A stretch of 64,000 nucleotides of DNA, taken from NCBI GenBank assembly GCA_965205505.1, contig CBDBHB010000009.1, forward strand, positions 672,001-736,000, read 5' to 3'. Both the position numbers and the translations under genes were made by a program. Positions within the stretch are counted from its first letter, which is position 1. Each line of letters begins with the position of its first letter. Origin of the DNA: Acidobacteriota bacterium. Lineage in GTDB: Bacteria > Acidobacteriota > UBA890 > WLXD01. Below, in pieces: positions 23,630 to 34,198 of the stretch. The notes under the pieces are model-generated. The model had not been told where the DNA came from, searched no databases, and worked only from the letters and a program-made list of their open reading frames with translations.

Positions 23630-23745
23630 CTAGTGTCCTGAGTCAGGAATCCGATGCATATTGCATCGGCGTCGTCGCGCCTTCTGGGATCCGCTTCGGT
23701 CGCGCTCGCCACAATAGGCAACAGATTCCTGACTCAGGACGCTAG
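23630..23745. mobile_element. MITE (family B, IS630-like ends) flanked by CTAG
   Basis: ctagtgtcctgagtcaggaatc ... gattcctgactcaggacgctag inverted repeat (1 mismatch in 22); internal hairpin ccgatgca-tat-tgcatcgg. Confidence 0.8.
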
Positions 23746-23925
23746 AGTAGCGTCGCACCGATCAGCAGTCGATGCGCGATCGCTCACTGCGATCGGCACG
23801 GCGACGGGTCTCGGGAGGCAGGCGCGCACGCTGATGACGACGCTCGACGGAAATCATAGGCGGCGCGGACGAAGCACGCTGGCAGCCGCTGTCGGCTTGC
23901 CATCTTTGTGGCGTTGCTGATGGGC

Positions 23926-25161
23926 TCAGGTTGTGCCCCCTCGCCAACCGGCGCACCGGCGGAGTCCGGACAAACGTCCACCGATGACGCAGGCGAGCGT
24001 GTTGGCCACCAGCCACTGCAAGCCGACCCAGCCGAGGGCCAGCCCAACGGCACCGCCGAGAACCGCCATCAGCAGACTCTCGGATAGCAACTGACGCACG
24101 ATGTGTGCACGCCCGGCACCCAGCGCCGCCCGTACTGCCATCTCGCGTCGTCGGCTGGCCGAACGCGAAAGCAGCAAGTTGGCCACGTTGGCGCACACCA
24201 GGAGCAATACGAACGACACCGTTCCCATGAGCACGAACGCGGTGGGCTTGAGCGTTCGCACGTTGGCGTCGGTCCAGGTCATGGTTTCCAGGCGCCAACC
24301 GAGATACTCGTCGTGCTGGCCGGCGTACTCGAGCTCGGTACGGCGTGCCACCGCCTCGAGCTCGGCGTTGGCCTGCGCCAGGGTCACGCCGTCGCCGAGT
24401 CGAGCGATGAGGTTCATCACTCGGCGGGTGCGCGAGAAATCCTCGGGCTGCGCCCACATCGGTGTCCACAGGTCGATGCCGTAGACCGTGGCGGCGCTCG
24501 GGAACACGCCGATGAGCGTGTGGTCCACGCCGTTGATCTGGATCGTCTGTCCGATCATGTCGGGGTCGCCGGCGAAGCGCGCCTCGAACACCCGGTTGCT
24601 GACCAGCGCCAAGGGCGCCATCTCGCGAATCTCGCGCGGTGAGAAGAAGCGTCCATGCTTGGGGCTCATGCCGAGCACGGTCAGCGGATCGCCCCACCAG
24701 AAAGCCGTGCGCAGGTTCTGGGGAATGTCACCGCCGGTGATCTGACGGTTGCCTACGTCGAAGGCGCCGATGCCGAGCCCCAATCTGATCAGCACTACTG
24801 CAGTGAACCCAGGCTGATGCAGCAACGTGCGAATGGCGAATCTGAAATCGCGCAGGAACATGTCAGGAGTCCATGACCTCAGTGGGGAGGTACGAAGATC
24901 GGCGAGGGGGTCAGGCGTCGGCGACCGACCGAACCGCGTCCGCACCGCAGTCGACATGAAGTCGACAATCGCCACGAGTGCGTAGCGAGACGCAGCTATC
25001 CGGCCACGCTGACGCTCCCGGCGAAAGCGCTCGCGGAATAGGTAGGCGATGTCGGCGCCGTACTCTCGACGCAGGTGCGGGGCCAGGGCCAGTAGCGCGA
25101 GGCGTTGAAACGGGGGCAGGGGAGCACCCCGGTGGGCCCCAGATGACGTGTGTCGCAGCAT
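23926..25161 (-). pseudogene. ADOP-type (MacB/FtsX-like) ABC permease, internally deleted and truncated
   Basis: REYGADI N-terminus, RDFRFAIRTLLHQPGFT, LLLVCANVANLLL, RRREMAVRAALGAGR; jumps from LGIGA directly to FDVGN near 24763 and lacks the second half. Confidence 0.8.
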
Positions 25162-25499
25162 CAGACCTTGGCCGAGTCGACCAGGCCGTCAACCCGCAGG
25201 TCATTGACCAGATCCGCAAGTCGCTGTGCCTCGGCGCGCAACACCGAGCGTCCGTGGTCGGTCAGTCGGAAGTACCGCCGCCGGCTGTCCGCATCATCGG
25301 GCGCATCAACCGGCGCGATCCAGCCACGGCGTTGCAGCGTCTGGATGGCTTCGTAGAGCGACGCTGGCCCGATCGAAACGCGGCCGCGGCCCCGCTCCTC
25401 CAGCTCTTGCAGCAGGCGGTAGCCATGCTGCGGCCCTGATTCCAGGGCCCATAGAATCAGCAGCACCCGAGGTGTCAGCGGCAGCGATTCGGTGCTCAT
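25161..25499 (-). CDS. PadR-family transcriptional regulator
   Basis: ILWALESGPQHGY, GPASLYEAIQTL, RRRYFRLTDHGR; adjacent to the permease. Confidence 0.92.
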   Translation of the reverse strand: MSTESLPLTPRVLLILWALESGPQHGYRLLQELEERGRGRVSIGPASLYEAIQTLQRRGWIAPVDAPDDADSRRRYFRLTDHGRSVLRAEAQRLADLVNDLRVDGLVDSAKV

Positions 25500-25542
25500 T
25501 CGACGACTCCTCCGGCGACGGCCTCGATCGCCGCCGCGTCCG

Positions 25543-25595
25543 GTTTCCGGATATTCTGGAAAACAGACTAGTTGGTCGAGTACCCGGTAGTCAAG
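25543..25595 (-). promoter_or_regulatory. Candidate sigma70 promoter and palindromic operator upstream of padR
   Basis: TTGACT-18 nt-TAGTCT on the - strand followed by the imperfect palindrome tttccgga-tat-tctggaaa. Confidence 0.4.
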
Positions 25596-25615
25596 CGAGG
25601 TGGCGCGCGGGGGCC

Positions 25616-27841
25616 CTATTGCTGCAGTCGGCGAGCTCGCGCGCGTGCCAGCGGCCAGACGATGGGACCGTCGTCGTGCAGCAATCGTCCGTCACGATCG
25701 GCAGCCGCGCGCTCGAACGCATCGCGCGCAAGCGCGGTGTAGTCGGGCCCAAGCTCCGACAGTGCCAGTCCGAGCCAGTAACTGGACATGCTGGCGCCGA
25801 CCCCGGGGCGCTCGGGTACCTGGAGCGGTCGCACCAGGCGTACGACCTGTTCCCATTGGCCGGCGCGGAGCAGGATCGATGCCTCGTTCAAGGCAAGAAC
25901 CCACGCGGGTACGGAGCCGCCACCGGCGGTGCGCAGTTGCCGCACGGCGATCAATACGCTGGCGAAGGGCGAGCTTGTCGAGTCCGGGTCGATGATCTGC
26001 GGCGATGCTCCCACGAGAACCGCGATGCTGTTGCTGGCCAGTCCGAGCTCCAACTGCGCACCGATGGTCAGCTCATCCAGCGCCCCATGCAGATCTGCCG
26101 CCGTCGCCACAGGGGAGCCGTTGACCGCCACCACGATGTCACCGGGACTGAGTCCAGCGGCAGCTGTCGGCCCGTGTGGGCTAACGGTCAGCACTACCGG
26201 GCCGGGGGCGCCCATGCTGTCGATGAAATCGGCGCCAAGCCACGGCCGCTGGAATGTGCTGCCACCACCGAGTAGCTCGGAGTTGATACGCGTGCCGATG
26301 ACCACCGGATCGTCCAGCGCGACCCGTATGTGATCGCCGAACGAGGGGCCAGGACCGCCTGCAAAGGTCCCGATCTCAGCATGGGTGGCGACGAGGTCAT
26401 CGGACAGAATCGCAAAAACATACAGTGACGCCGGCGCCTGGCTGTCGAGATGCTGCTGCGCTTCGGGAAACCGCCACTGCACACCGCGGGGACCCTCGCC
26501 GCGCGCCTGAGATCGGAGCGCATCGATCTGCAGGCCGGCCTCCGCCAGCGCATCCGCGTCGCGCTGCGGCAGTGCCAGCCGATGCCAGCGACCGGAGCCT
26601 AGCACCAGCTCGAGCGCAGCCGCTACGGTCGCTCGGCCCACCTCGTCGTTGCCGACCACACCAAGAAAGTACACCGAGGGGTGGAGCTCGATGCTGACCT
26701 CGTGACGACCGTGGTCGGCGACGTCGACGTCCGTGCTGAACGACCCCAGGCTACCGCCGTCGACCGCGATCGTGTGTGCGCCAGGCGCTAGCTCGAGCTC
26801 GAGAACGCCCGCTGTCGCTTGAGAATCGACGACGCTATCGTCGATTCGCAGCTCGACGCCGTCGGGGAGCCGGTGGAGAACCACGGTACCCGCCATGCGT
26901 GGCAACGTCACCGGATCGAGCAGATAGTCGACCAGGTCGCCGACGGTGATCTCGCCGCTGTACGGTCGATAGCCGTCGCGCGTAATCTCGATGCTGTGCT
27001 CCCCGACGTTCATCCCGTCGAAGGTGAGCTCGGCTTCGCCGGATGCCGACGGGTTGTCGGGATCTGCCATCGTGTCGCCCACGGCGCGTCCGTCGACGGT
27101 CACGCTGGCCCCGGATACGTTGGTTCGCACCGTGATGATGGCGCTGGAGCGCTCCAGCACCACGTCGACCGTCAGCATCTCGCCAGCGACGACCTCGATC
27201 TCGCGCTGATGGGGCGTGTGCCCCAGCAGCTCGACGCTCAGGGCATGGGGACCCTCGGCCAGGGCGATTGGTTCGAGCGTGGTCTCCACCTCCCGACCAT
27301 CGACGTAGACGCGCGTTGCCTCGGGATAGAGCGTCAGCGCGAGCTCGCCGACGATCTCCGCTCGCAGCGCGTCGAACAGCTCGATGAGCTTGGGCGACAC
27401 CGTCGTTGGATCGAGCCGTGTTCGAGGTGCTACCCGGAGTAACTGGCGGAGGTTTGCGTCCGCTTCCGCCTCCTGGCCCAGGTTGAATCTCGCCTGGGCG
27501 CGATACGACAGGCTGCGCGCCATCATCGGCAGCACGTCGACATCCTCGGCAACGGCGTCGATGCGTGTAATGACCTCGCTGAACACATCGATCGAATCAG
27601 GCTGGTCGGCCGAGTTGAACAGCGCTTCGCCGCGAGCCAGCAGCACCCTGATCTCCTCGAGCGGATCCGTAGTAGCGTCCTGGGCCTGTGACGCACCCAT
27701 TCCGGCGGGTTCGATGGCCTCGGCCGGCACCGAGGAAACGGCGAGCGCGGTAATGCCGAGGAGCACTAGCAGGCCGGTGCCATGCGGGCGCACGCTCTGG
27801 CCACCGACCCGGCCGCTCACCGGCCCTTCGCCGAGTCTCAT
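25616..27841 (-). CDS. Secreted TPR-PEGA-PDZ domain protein
   Basis: Signal/TM; helical TPR-like segment; repeated PEGA-like units (RVYVDG, ASVTVDG, GEHSIEITRDGY); PDZ (GPTAAAGLSPGDIVVAVNG). Confidence 0.75.
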   Translation of the reverse strand: MRLGEGPVSGRVGGQSVRPHGTGLLVLLGITALAVSSVPAEAIEPAGMGASQAQDATTDPLEEIRVLLARGEALFNSADQPDSIDVFSEVITRIDAVAEDVDVLPMMARSLSYRAQARFNLGQEAEADANLRQLLRVAPRTRLDPTTVSPKLIELFDALRAEIVGELALTLYPEATRVYVDGREVETTLEPIALAEGPHALSVELLGHTPHQREIEVVAGEMLTVDVVLERSSAIITVRTNVSGASVTVDGRAVGDTMADPDNPSASGEAELTFDGMNVGEHSIEITRDGYRPYSGEITVGDLVDYLLDPVTLPRMAGTVVLHRLPDGVELRIDDSVVDSQATAGVLELELAPGAHTIAVDGGSLGSFSTDVDVADHGRHEVSIELHPSVYFLGVVGNDEVGRATVAAALELVLGSGRWHRLALPQRDADALAEAGLQIDALRSQARGEGPRGVQWRFPEAQQHLDSQAPASLYVFAILSDDLVATHAEIGTFAGGPGPSFGDHIRVALDDPVVIGTRINSELLGGGSTFQRPWLGADFIDSMGAPGPVVLTVSPHGPTAAAGLSPGDIVVAVNGSPVATAADLHGALDELTIGAQLELGLASNSIAVLVGASPQIIDPDSTSSPFASVLIAVRQLRTAGGGSVPAWVLALNEASILLRAGQWEQVVRLVRPLQVPERPGVGASMSSYWLGLALSELGPDYTALARDAFERAAADRDGRLLHDDGPIVWPLARARARRLQQ

Positions 27842-29344
27842 TCGAGGATCACGACCACGGAGCTACCGCGATCGGCAACGTAGATCCGGCCACTGCCATC
27901 AACCGCCAGGTCTCTGGGATCGTCCAGTCGACGGCCCCCAGGAAGCCCCGGGCCCAGCCGCGCCAGCCGCGCTCCCTCGCTCGAGAACACGTCGATGCGC
28001 TTGTCGTCGCGGTCGAGCACGTAGAAGTTGTCCAACTCGTCGACCGCCAATGCCGCCGGGCGGCGCCACTCTGACACAGTCACCAGCGTCTCGACTCCTC
28101 CGCTCCCATCCAGGGCGAGCACCGATTTGTTGCGTCTGTCCAGAAGCAGGAAGCGCCCCTGGTTGTCGACGTCGATATCGACGATCTTGAAGCGCTGGCT
28201 CCCAAGCGGTGTGGACATATAGGCGCCGTTGACGTCGAATCGCGACAGCTTGTCGCCATCGTCGTAGGCTACGAGGATGCTGCCGAGCGGACCATGCGCC
28301 GCTGCGACGATCTGGTCGACCTCCTCCGGGCGGTTTCCCTCGCGGGTAGTGAAGGTCTGGCGCTGGTGAGTGAATGGCGACAGGATCGCCCGTCGCACGA
28401 CGACGTACGCCACGCTGGCCGGACCGAACCAGGGCTTCGTGGCACCGACAAGCGGTCTTTGCCGAGCTGTCACCGCGCCATCGGAGCGCAGCCGCGCCCC
28501 GAACGGTACGCCCTCGTCGACAATGAGCAACTCGCCATCGCTCGAGGCTCCTACGCCGATCGGCTCATCGAGCCGTCCATCCGCGCTCGCCAGAGTGCGT
28601 GATTGCCGCCAGGCCGCTTCCGTCGCACCGAGTCGATGACGATGGATGAGCGACAGCAGTGTGCGCGACGCAAGCACCTCGGTCGCGCTCAGCTGTAGCA
28701 GCGCACCGGCGGCCTCCCACTCGCCGCTGCGGAGCAGCGCCGTTCCGAGCCCCGCATACCCGGGCCAACCACGCGCCACTTACGCCTGGCTCCATGGCGG
28801 CGGCGAACTCGCCCTCTGCCATTTCGGTTTCCAGCAGCCGGAGGCTGATATCGCCGCTCAATACCATCGCGGCGGTGCGCGCCTCGAGTCGCGGGAATGT
28901 CGCGGCGTCGAACAGTATCGGAAGGCGCGAGAGCGTCTCACGCACCCTGCGAAGATCGTCCGTTGACCGGGACGCATCGATGTCGTAGCGGGCCACGATC
29001 ACGGTGGCGGCGGCAGCATTGGCCGTCCGCGGATGCGCGTTGACGATGCGATCGGCAGTGCCGCGCGCCGCGTCCTGGTTGCCCGGCGACAGGTGACTGT
29101 TGGCGATCAGCAGGAGTGCATCGTCGACCAGCTCCGAAGCCGAGAACTGGTCCACGAGGACCGTTGCCTCACGAATCGCACCCTCGGGATCTCCAGCCTC
29201 GTAGAGCATCTGTGCCCGACCGAACAATCGTTGCGCGGCGACGTCGGCCTGCGTGGGCGCGTGCACGCGGTTTGCGGACACCGTGGCGGCCAACGGCGAC
29301 ACCGTCAGCGCCAGCAGGAGGAACGTCCGGACCGCCATTCTCAC
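27838..29344 (-). pseudogene. Secreted TPR + NHL-repeat beta-propeller protein, frameshift near 28760
   Basis: N-terminal half BamD-like TPR (LVDQFSASELVDDALL); C-terminal half NHL repeats (RPAALAVDELDNFYVLD, DPRDLAVDGSGRIYVAD) in another frame. Confidence 0.75.
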
Positions 29345-30629
29345 TGCTGAGGAGCCGTGGCGAAGACGCTCTGACCGTCGCGTACGATGCGCTCATTGAC
29401 GGTGAGCGATGCGCCGGTGGCCGGCCATTCGAACAGGAACTCGTGATCGCCGGCGACCATGCGGGCCTGGAGTGGGGTGACGTCGACGAACTGCCCGTCG
29501 ATGCTGACCCGGCAGTTGCCCGGAATAGCGGCAATTCGAACGCTGGCCACGATCGGAACACTCAGGCGGCGGTTGCCGCCACTGGTCACGTTCACCGTGG
29601 ATCGTTGCGACAGGAACACCTCGGGGGCCGACACGGTTACCGCCCACTAGCCTGGTGGGAGGCTCATCTGCAGGCCGACAGCGGCGTTGAACCGTCGCGT
29701 CTGCCCGCCGCCAAGCGGACGCGCTGTGGCCGACACTGCATAGTCGGCGTCGACGCTCACGAGCCCGGGTTCCACGTCAGGCTGCATCGGGAAATGCAGC
29801 GTCGCCGACTGACGCTGCGAAGTGCTCAGGTCGTCGAGCGCGAACGCCCAACTGGCAGACGTGTAGCCGTCGAGCGCCAGCTGCATCGCGTAGCGCCTGT
29901 CGGGGACCACCTCGAGCTCGTATGGCGTCGTCCCGACCTCGACGCCATCGAGGGTTATCGCGGCTCCGGGTGGCTGACTGGTCACGGTGAACGGCTCACC
30001 AACTACGGGTGGTGGCTCAGGCGTTGCCGGCTCCGCAGCCACAGCATCCTGGTCGGCGTTGGCGACGGCCTCGACCTCGCCGTCACCCGATGTGTCGTCG
30101 GTTCTGGCGGGCGCCGCGACGGCCGAGTCGCTGTCGGTTCCGGCTCCCTCCGGCGACTCCACGGGCACCGTAGCCGGTGTCTCGGGGTCCGGTTGATCGA
30201 CCGCAGCTGGACTCGAGGCCACCGCGTCGACAGGGTCGGCTCCGGTGTTCTCGGTGGGCTCGCTGCTCCCGAGGAGGCGCCATCCGATAATGGCCAGCAC
30301 CGCCGCTGCCGCGATGCCGAGCGCGATCATCGGCATGCCGGACGACTTTGATGTTCAAGATCGTCAGCGACCAGCCCGAGACGCCCAGCACGGTGAACCC
30401 GAAGCTGCCCCCGGCGCTCGACGCCGTGCTGTTGCGCGCTCTCAACAAGGACCCGGAGCAACGCTTCAGCGGCTGCGTGCAGTTCGCCGACGCGCTGCGC
30501 GCGGCGTGGGGAATGGACACCGATGCCACGGTGCTGACGACATCACCACCCGCCGCACCACCTGGGAAGACTGATCGCCTACCAGCTGCTCGCCGGTAAG
30601 AGGCCCTTCGATGGCGAGTCCCCGACGAC
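29341..30629 (-). pseudogene. Remnant of a Ser/Thr kinase-TM-PEGA protein
   Basis: TM plus PEGA (TSQPPGAAITLDGVEVGTTP) on the - strand with in-frame TAG at 29647-29649; kinase C-lobe pieces at 30341-30629 lie on the + strand. Confidence 0.75.
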
Positions 30630-30631
30630 GG

Positions 30632-31296
30632 CGCTTCTCGCCGCCAATGCCTCCCGGATCGTGGACGAACCCCCCGGAGTCAGACGCTGTTACCGGTTTC
30701 GCGCCGAGCTGATCGAGTTTCTTGATCGTGTGCAGGGCCACGTTGCCCGACCCGGAAACGACGCAGCTCTTTCCCTCTACACCGCCGCCTCGGCGCGCCA
30801 GCATCTCCTGCATGAAGTACGCACAGCCGTAGCCTGTGGCCTCGACCCGTCCGAGGCTACCGCCGAAGGAGAGCCCCTTGCCGGTGAGGATCGCGCCCCC
30901 CTTGCTGCCACCCATTGGAAGCGTGGTGAGGCTGTTCTTGAAGGTCTGCTCGAATCCCAGAAACTTCAGCACCGAGAGCGTGACCATGGGGTGGAAGCGC
31001 ATGCCGCCTTTGTAGGGTCCGATCGAGTTGTTGAACTGCACCCGCCAGGCGCGATTGGCCCGCACGTTGCCGTTATCGTCCTCCCACGGAACGCGGCAGA
31101 TCACCACCCGGTCGGGTTCCGTCATGCGCTCGAGTATCTGAGCTTCTTTGTACTCGGGGTGGTCCAGAATGAACGGGATCAGGCTCTCCGCCACCTCCTG
31201 TACAGCCTGGTGAAACTCCGGTTCCCCGGGGTTCCGCTTTATGAGGCCGGCCATGAACCGATCGAAGTCCTGTGCTGCCGATCCTTCGAGCGCCAT
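30632..31296 (-). pseudogene. gdhA: NADP-specific glutamate dehydrogenase fragment
   Basis: EPEFHQAVQEV, GPYKGGMRFHP, KFLGFEQTFKNSLTTLPMGG, EATGYG, VSGSGNVA; the DVPAGDIG-containing segment is missing near 30895 and the C-terminus is lost. Confidence 0.9.
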
Positions 31297-31524
31297 CGGA
31301 GTCCCTCCTCGGGAGCAAGCTCGTCGCGCGCGACACCGCTCGCCAGGTCGCATTTTCCTGCAACCTATCTGACCAGCGGTGAATACACGAGAGGGAACGT
31401 TGCGACAGTCGATTGATCGGCATAGACTCCGGACCCATCCTGAACCTCCTTCATTGGTCGCGGATGTCTAGGTGAGCCATGCGCGGCGAACCCACACCCC
31501 AACAACAAAGCGAGACCAGACCCG

Positions 31525-31953
31525 ATGCCTCCGAATGAGAAAGTAAAGGCGGCAGTCGAGCGACTGTTTGCCAGGAAGCCCGACGCCACGACCACTGATT
31601 TCCGCAGGGTCGCAGAACGCGCCGACGAATCGATTCGCACGCAGTCGCCGCGTAGCTTCAACGCTACATACGTGGTGCCCATCAAGCGCCGCGCCGGCGG
31701 CAAGAAGCGCAAGAAGGTCAGTGCCGGAAAGCGCCAGGTGCGGCGGGCTCGGAAGAAGCGCGTCATGCGACGGCGCGCTCCGAGCACTTCGATCAGTCAT
31801 TCCACTCGTGCCGGTGTCCGCGCGCTGATCCTCCAACGCGATCAGGAGGTTATCGTCGCATTGAGCAGTGGCGGCGATCCGCGGCAGGCATACGATCTCG
31901 GCAGTGGGGTCGACGCCTATATCGATGCCCTGGCGAAAGCGTTGCGCATGTAG
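31525..31953 (+). CDS. Small hypothetical protein with a central Lys/Arg-rich tract
   Basis: 142-aa ORF; KRRAGGKKRKKVSAGKRQVRRARKKRVMRRR between two helical segments. Confidence 0.7.
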   Translation: MPPNEKVKAAVERLFARKPDATTTDFRRVAERADESIRTQSPRSFNATYVVPIKRRAGGKKRKKVSAGKRQVRRARKKRVMRRRAPSTSISHSTRAGVRALILQRDQEVIVALSSGGDPRQAYDLGSGVDAYIDALAKALRM

Positions 31954-31992
31954 CGGCCAAGAGGTCGACCCCATTCCGACGAGAGAGCCTGG

Positions 31993-32695
31993 GTGGCAGA
32001 GAACGTTGCAATAGTCACAGCCGCCGGTCGCGGCATGGGTGCTGCGATCGCGCGGCGGCTGAGCACATTGGGGTACGAGCTTGCCCTGATGTCACCCTCC
32101 GGGGCCTCCGTCGATCTCGCCGAGGAACTGGGCGGGTTCGGTATGCCCGGTTCGGTCACCGAGGTCGACGACCTCACCGCGCTGGTCGAAGGGACGCTGA
32201 AGAGATACGGGCGCATCGACGCGGTCGTCAACCACACGGGGCACCCTCCCAAAGGGCCGCTGCTGTCGATACCCGACGAAGACTGGCACGCCGGCCTCGA
32301 CCTCGTGCTGCTCAACGTGGTTCGTATGGCCCGCCTGGTGACTCCGACCATGGTCGCTCAGGGGAGCGGGTCGATCGTTAACATCTCTACGTTTGCTGTC
32401 TTCGAGCCGTCGAACGTGTTTCCGGTGTCTGCCGCGCTGCGGGCCGCCTTGGCCGGTTTCACCAAACTCTATGCGGATGAGTACGCCGCAGTGGGGCTAC
32501 GTATGAACAACGTGCTCCCCGGCTACATCGACAGTCTCCCGGAGACCGAGGAGCGCCGCGCCGCCATCCCCCTTGGCCGCTACGGCACCGTGGACGAGAT
32601 CGCGGCGACGGTCGCGTTCTTGCTGTCTGCAGACGCCAGCTACATCACGGGACAGAACCTGCGGGCCGACCGGAGGGCTGACCCGCTCCGTGTAG
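31993..32695 (+). CDS. SDR-family oxidoreductase (extra base near 32671 alters the last residues)
   Basis: TAAGRGMG, GSIVNIST, NNVLPGYID, ASYITGQNLRAD; the expected GGLTRSV* is in the +1 frame. Confidence 0.85.
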
Positions 32696-32829
32696 TGCAG
32701 CCACTACGGCGTTCCGGATCTCCGGCAGCAAGAAGGAGAACGCCGTAGGAAGAGCTGCCCTGGCAATGTCGCTAATGTTGGTTGTGACACTCCCCTCAGC
32801 CATTCAGTCGCCAGCTTCGGGGAAGGACG

Positions 32830-33059
32830 GACATCTACGCGCTGGGATGCGTCGCCTACTGGTTGGTAACTGGACAGATGGTCTTTCAACGTAGCAACCC
32901 GATGGCAATGGTCGTCGATCACGTCAGGACCCTCCAGCAACGCCATCGACACGCTGTGAGTTCGAGCTGCCGGCGGAGCTCGACAAGCTCATCCTCAAGT
33001 GTCTCGAAAAAGCGCCCGACGATCGGTATGCCAGTGCGTCCGAGCTGTTTGCCTGCTAG
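32830..33059 (+). pseudogene. Ser/Thr kinase C-lobe fragment
   Basis: DIYALGCVAYWLVTG then, after a frameshift, LPAELDKLILKCLEKAPDDRYASA. Confidence 0.7.
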
Positions 33060-34198
33060 TCCGACGGTCGGATACTCAGCCCTGTACGGTCGGGTAGATC
33101 GAGCAGGACCCCCCACCCACCGAATCCCTCGGTGACCGCGAACCAGAGCTCGTTGTCGCCTGACTGCAGCGGCAGATAAACCGCGTCGTGCAGGCCGATG
33201 GTACCGAGGAATCGATAATCTCGGCTGCGCCACCGGTGGTCGGCCGAAAGCAGCAGCCGACCGTTCAAGTACACGTGCACCCGATCGCTGAACCCGAAAC
33301 GCGCTGGGATGGTGCGCGCCTCGTCGGCGTTGATGGTCACTGCCGCAATGACGGTGTCGCGTTCCTCGTCGATCCCCGAGAGGCGGGCCAGGTTGGCGAT
33401 GCCGCGCACGCCGGCGTGAAGCTGATGCCAGCTGCCGACGATGTCGTTGTGGCTGAGCTCGGTGCGCCACTCGAGCTTCGAGGCGGCGAACGGGGCCGAC
33501 ACGCTCCATGTCTCGATGACCGTCTCCGCCACCGGCGCAGCTTCCGCGCCACCACCGACCAAGCGTGGCGAGTCCATCTCGCGAACAGTGACGTTGGCGA
33601 AGCGTGCCGGCGCCCCGGAGGCGGTGATCGCGAAGTGCCCGGCGCGCACCTCGCGGATCAGCTGTGGAATCACGAACACCGGCTCGTCGCTGTCGAGGTA
33701 GACCTCGGCGCGGCTGCCCGCCACCACCACTTTCATGTGCATCCAGCGATCGAACACCATCTCCATGGGCGCGTTGAAGCGCGGCCCGGCGTAGATTTGC
33801 CATCCGGAGATCCCGTTGAACACCGGCGTGTACTGCGACGCGTCGGGGTTCCCCGACTGGTGCGAGCGAATATAGAAATGCTCGGAGTTGCCCTCGTCGT
33901 CGCCACGAAAAGAGATGCCGGCAAACCCCTGGGCTTTAGAAACCGCGATGTCGAGCTGGATGACGCCGTTCTTGAAGTCGCTGCCCGCGAGCACAGCGCT
34001 GCCGCGATCCAATAGCAACGCATCGCGTCCACGGAACGATTCGACACGGTGGTCGACGGCGTCGACCTCCCAGAGATTCAGATCGAACGGTTCGTTGGGG
34101 GAGCCGGCGCTCGCCGCGATCGGCGTGATCAGCAGGGTTACGGCGGCCAGCAAAGCGGTGGCCTTGGATGTCGACATGCGTTCCTCCGAAGTTGTCAC
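33056..34198 (-). CDS. Secreted hypothetical protein (DUF1080/LamG-like beta-sandwich)
   Basis: Signal peptide; DFKNGVIQLDI, GFAGISFR, WMHMKVVVAGSRAEVYLD. Confidence 0.7.
   Translation of the reverse strand: MTTSEERMSTSKATALLAAVTLLITPIAASAGSPNEPFDLNLWEVDAVDHRVESFRGRDALLLDRGSAVLAGSDFKNGVIQLDIAVSKAQGFAGISFRGDDEGNSEHFYIRSHQSGNPDASQYTPVFNGISGWQIYAGPRFNAPMEMVFDRWMHMKVVVAGSRAEVYLDSDEPVFVIPQLIREVRAGHFAITASGAPARFANVTVREMDSPRLVGGGAEAAPVAETVIETWSVSAPFAASKLEWRTELSHNDIVGSWHQLHAGVRGIANLARLSGIDEERDTVIAAVTINADEARTIPARFGFSDRVHVYLNGRLLLSADHRWRSRDYRFLGTIGLHDAVYLPLQSGDNELWFAVTEGFGGWGVLLDLPDRTGLSIRPSD

Noticed and set aside
32705-32775. Hairpin ctacggcgttc/gaacgccgtag and an IS6-like end (ggcaatgtcgctaa) before the kinase fragment
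   Set aside because: No U-tract for an intrinsic terminator, and the IS-end similarity is too short with no partner end.
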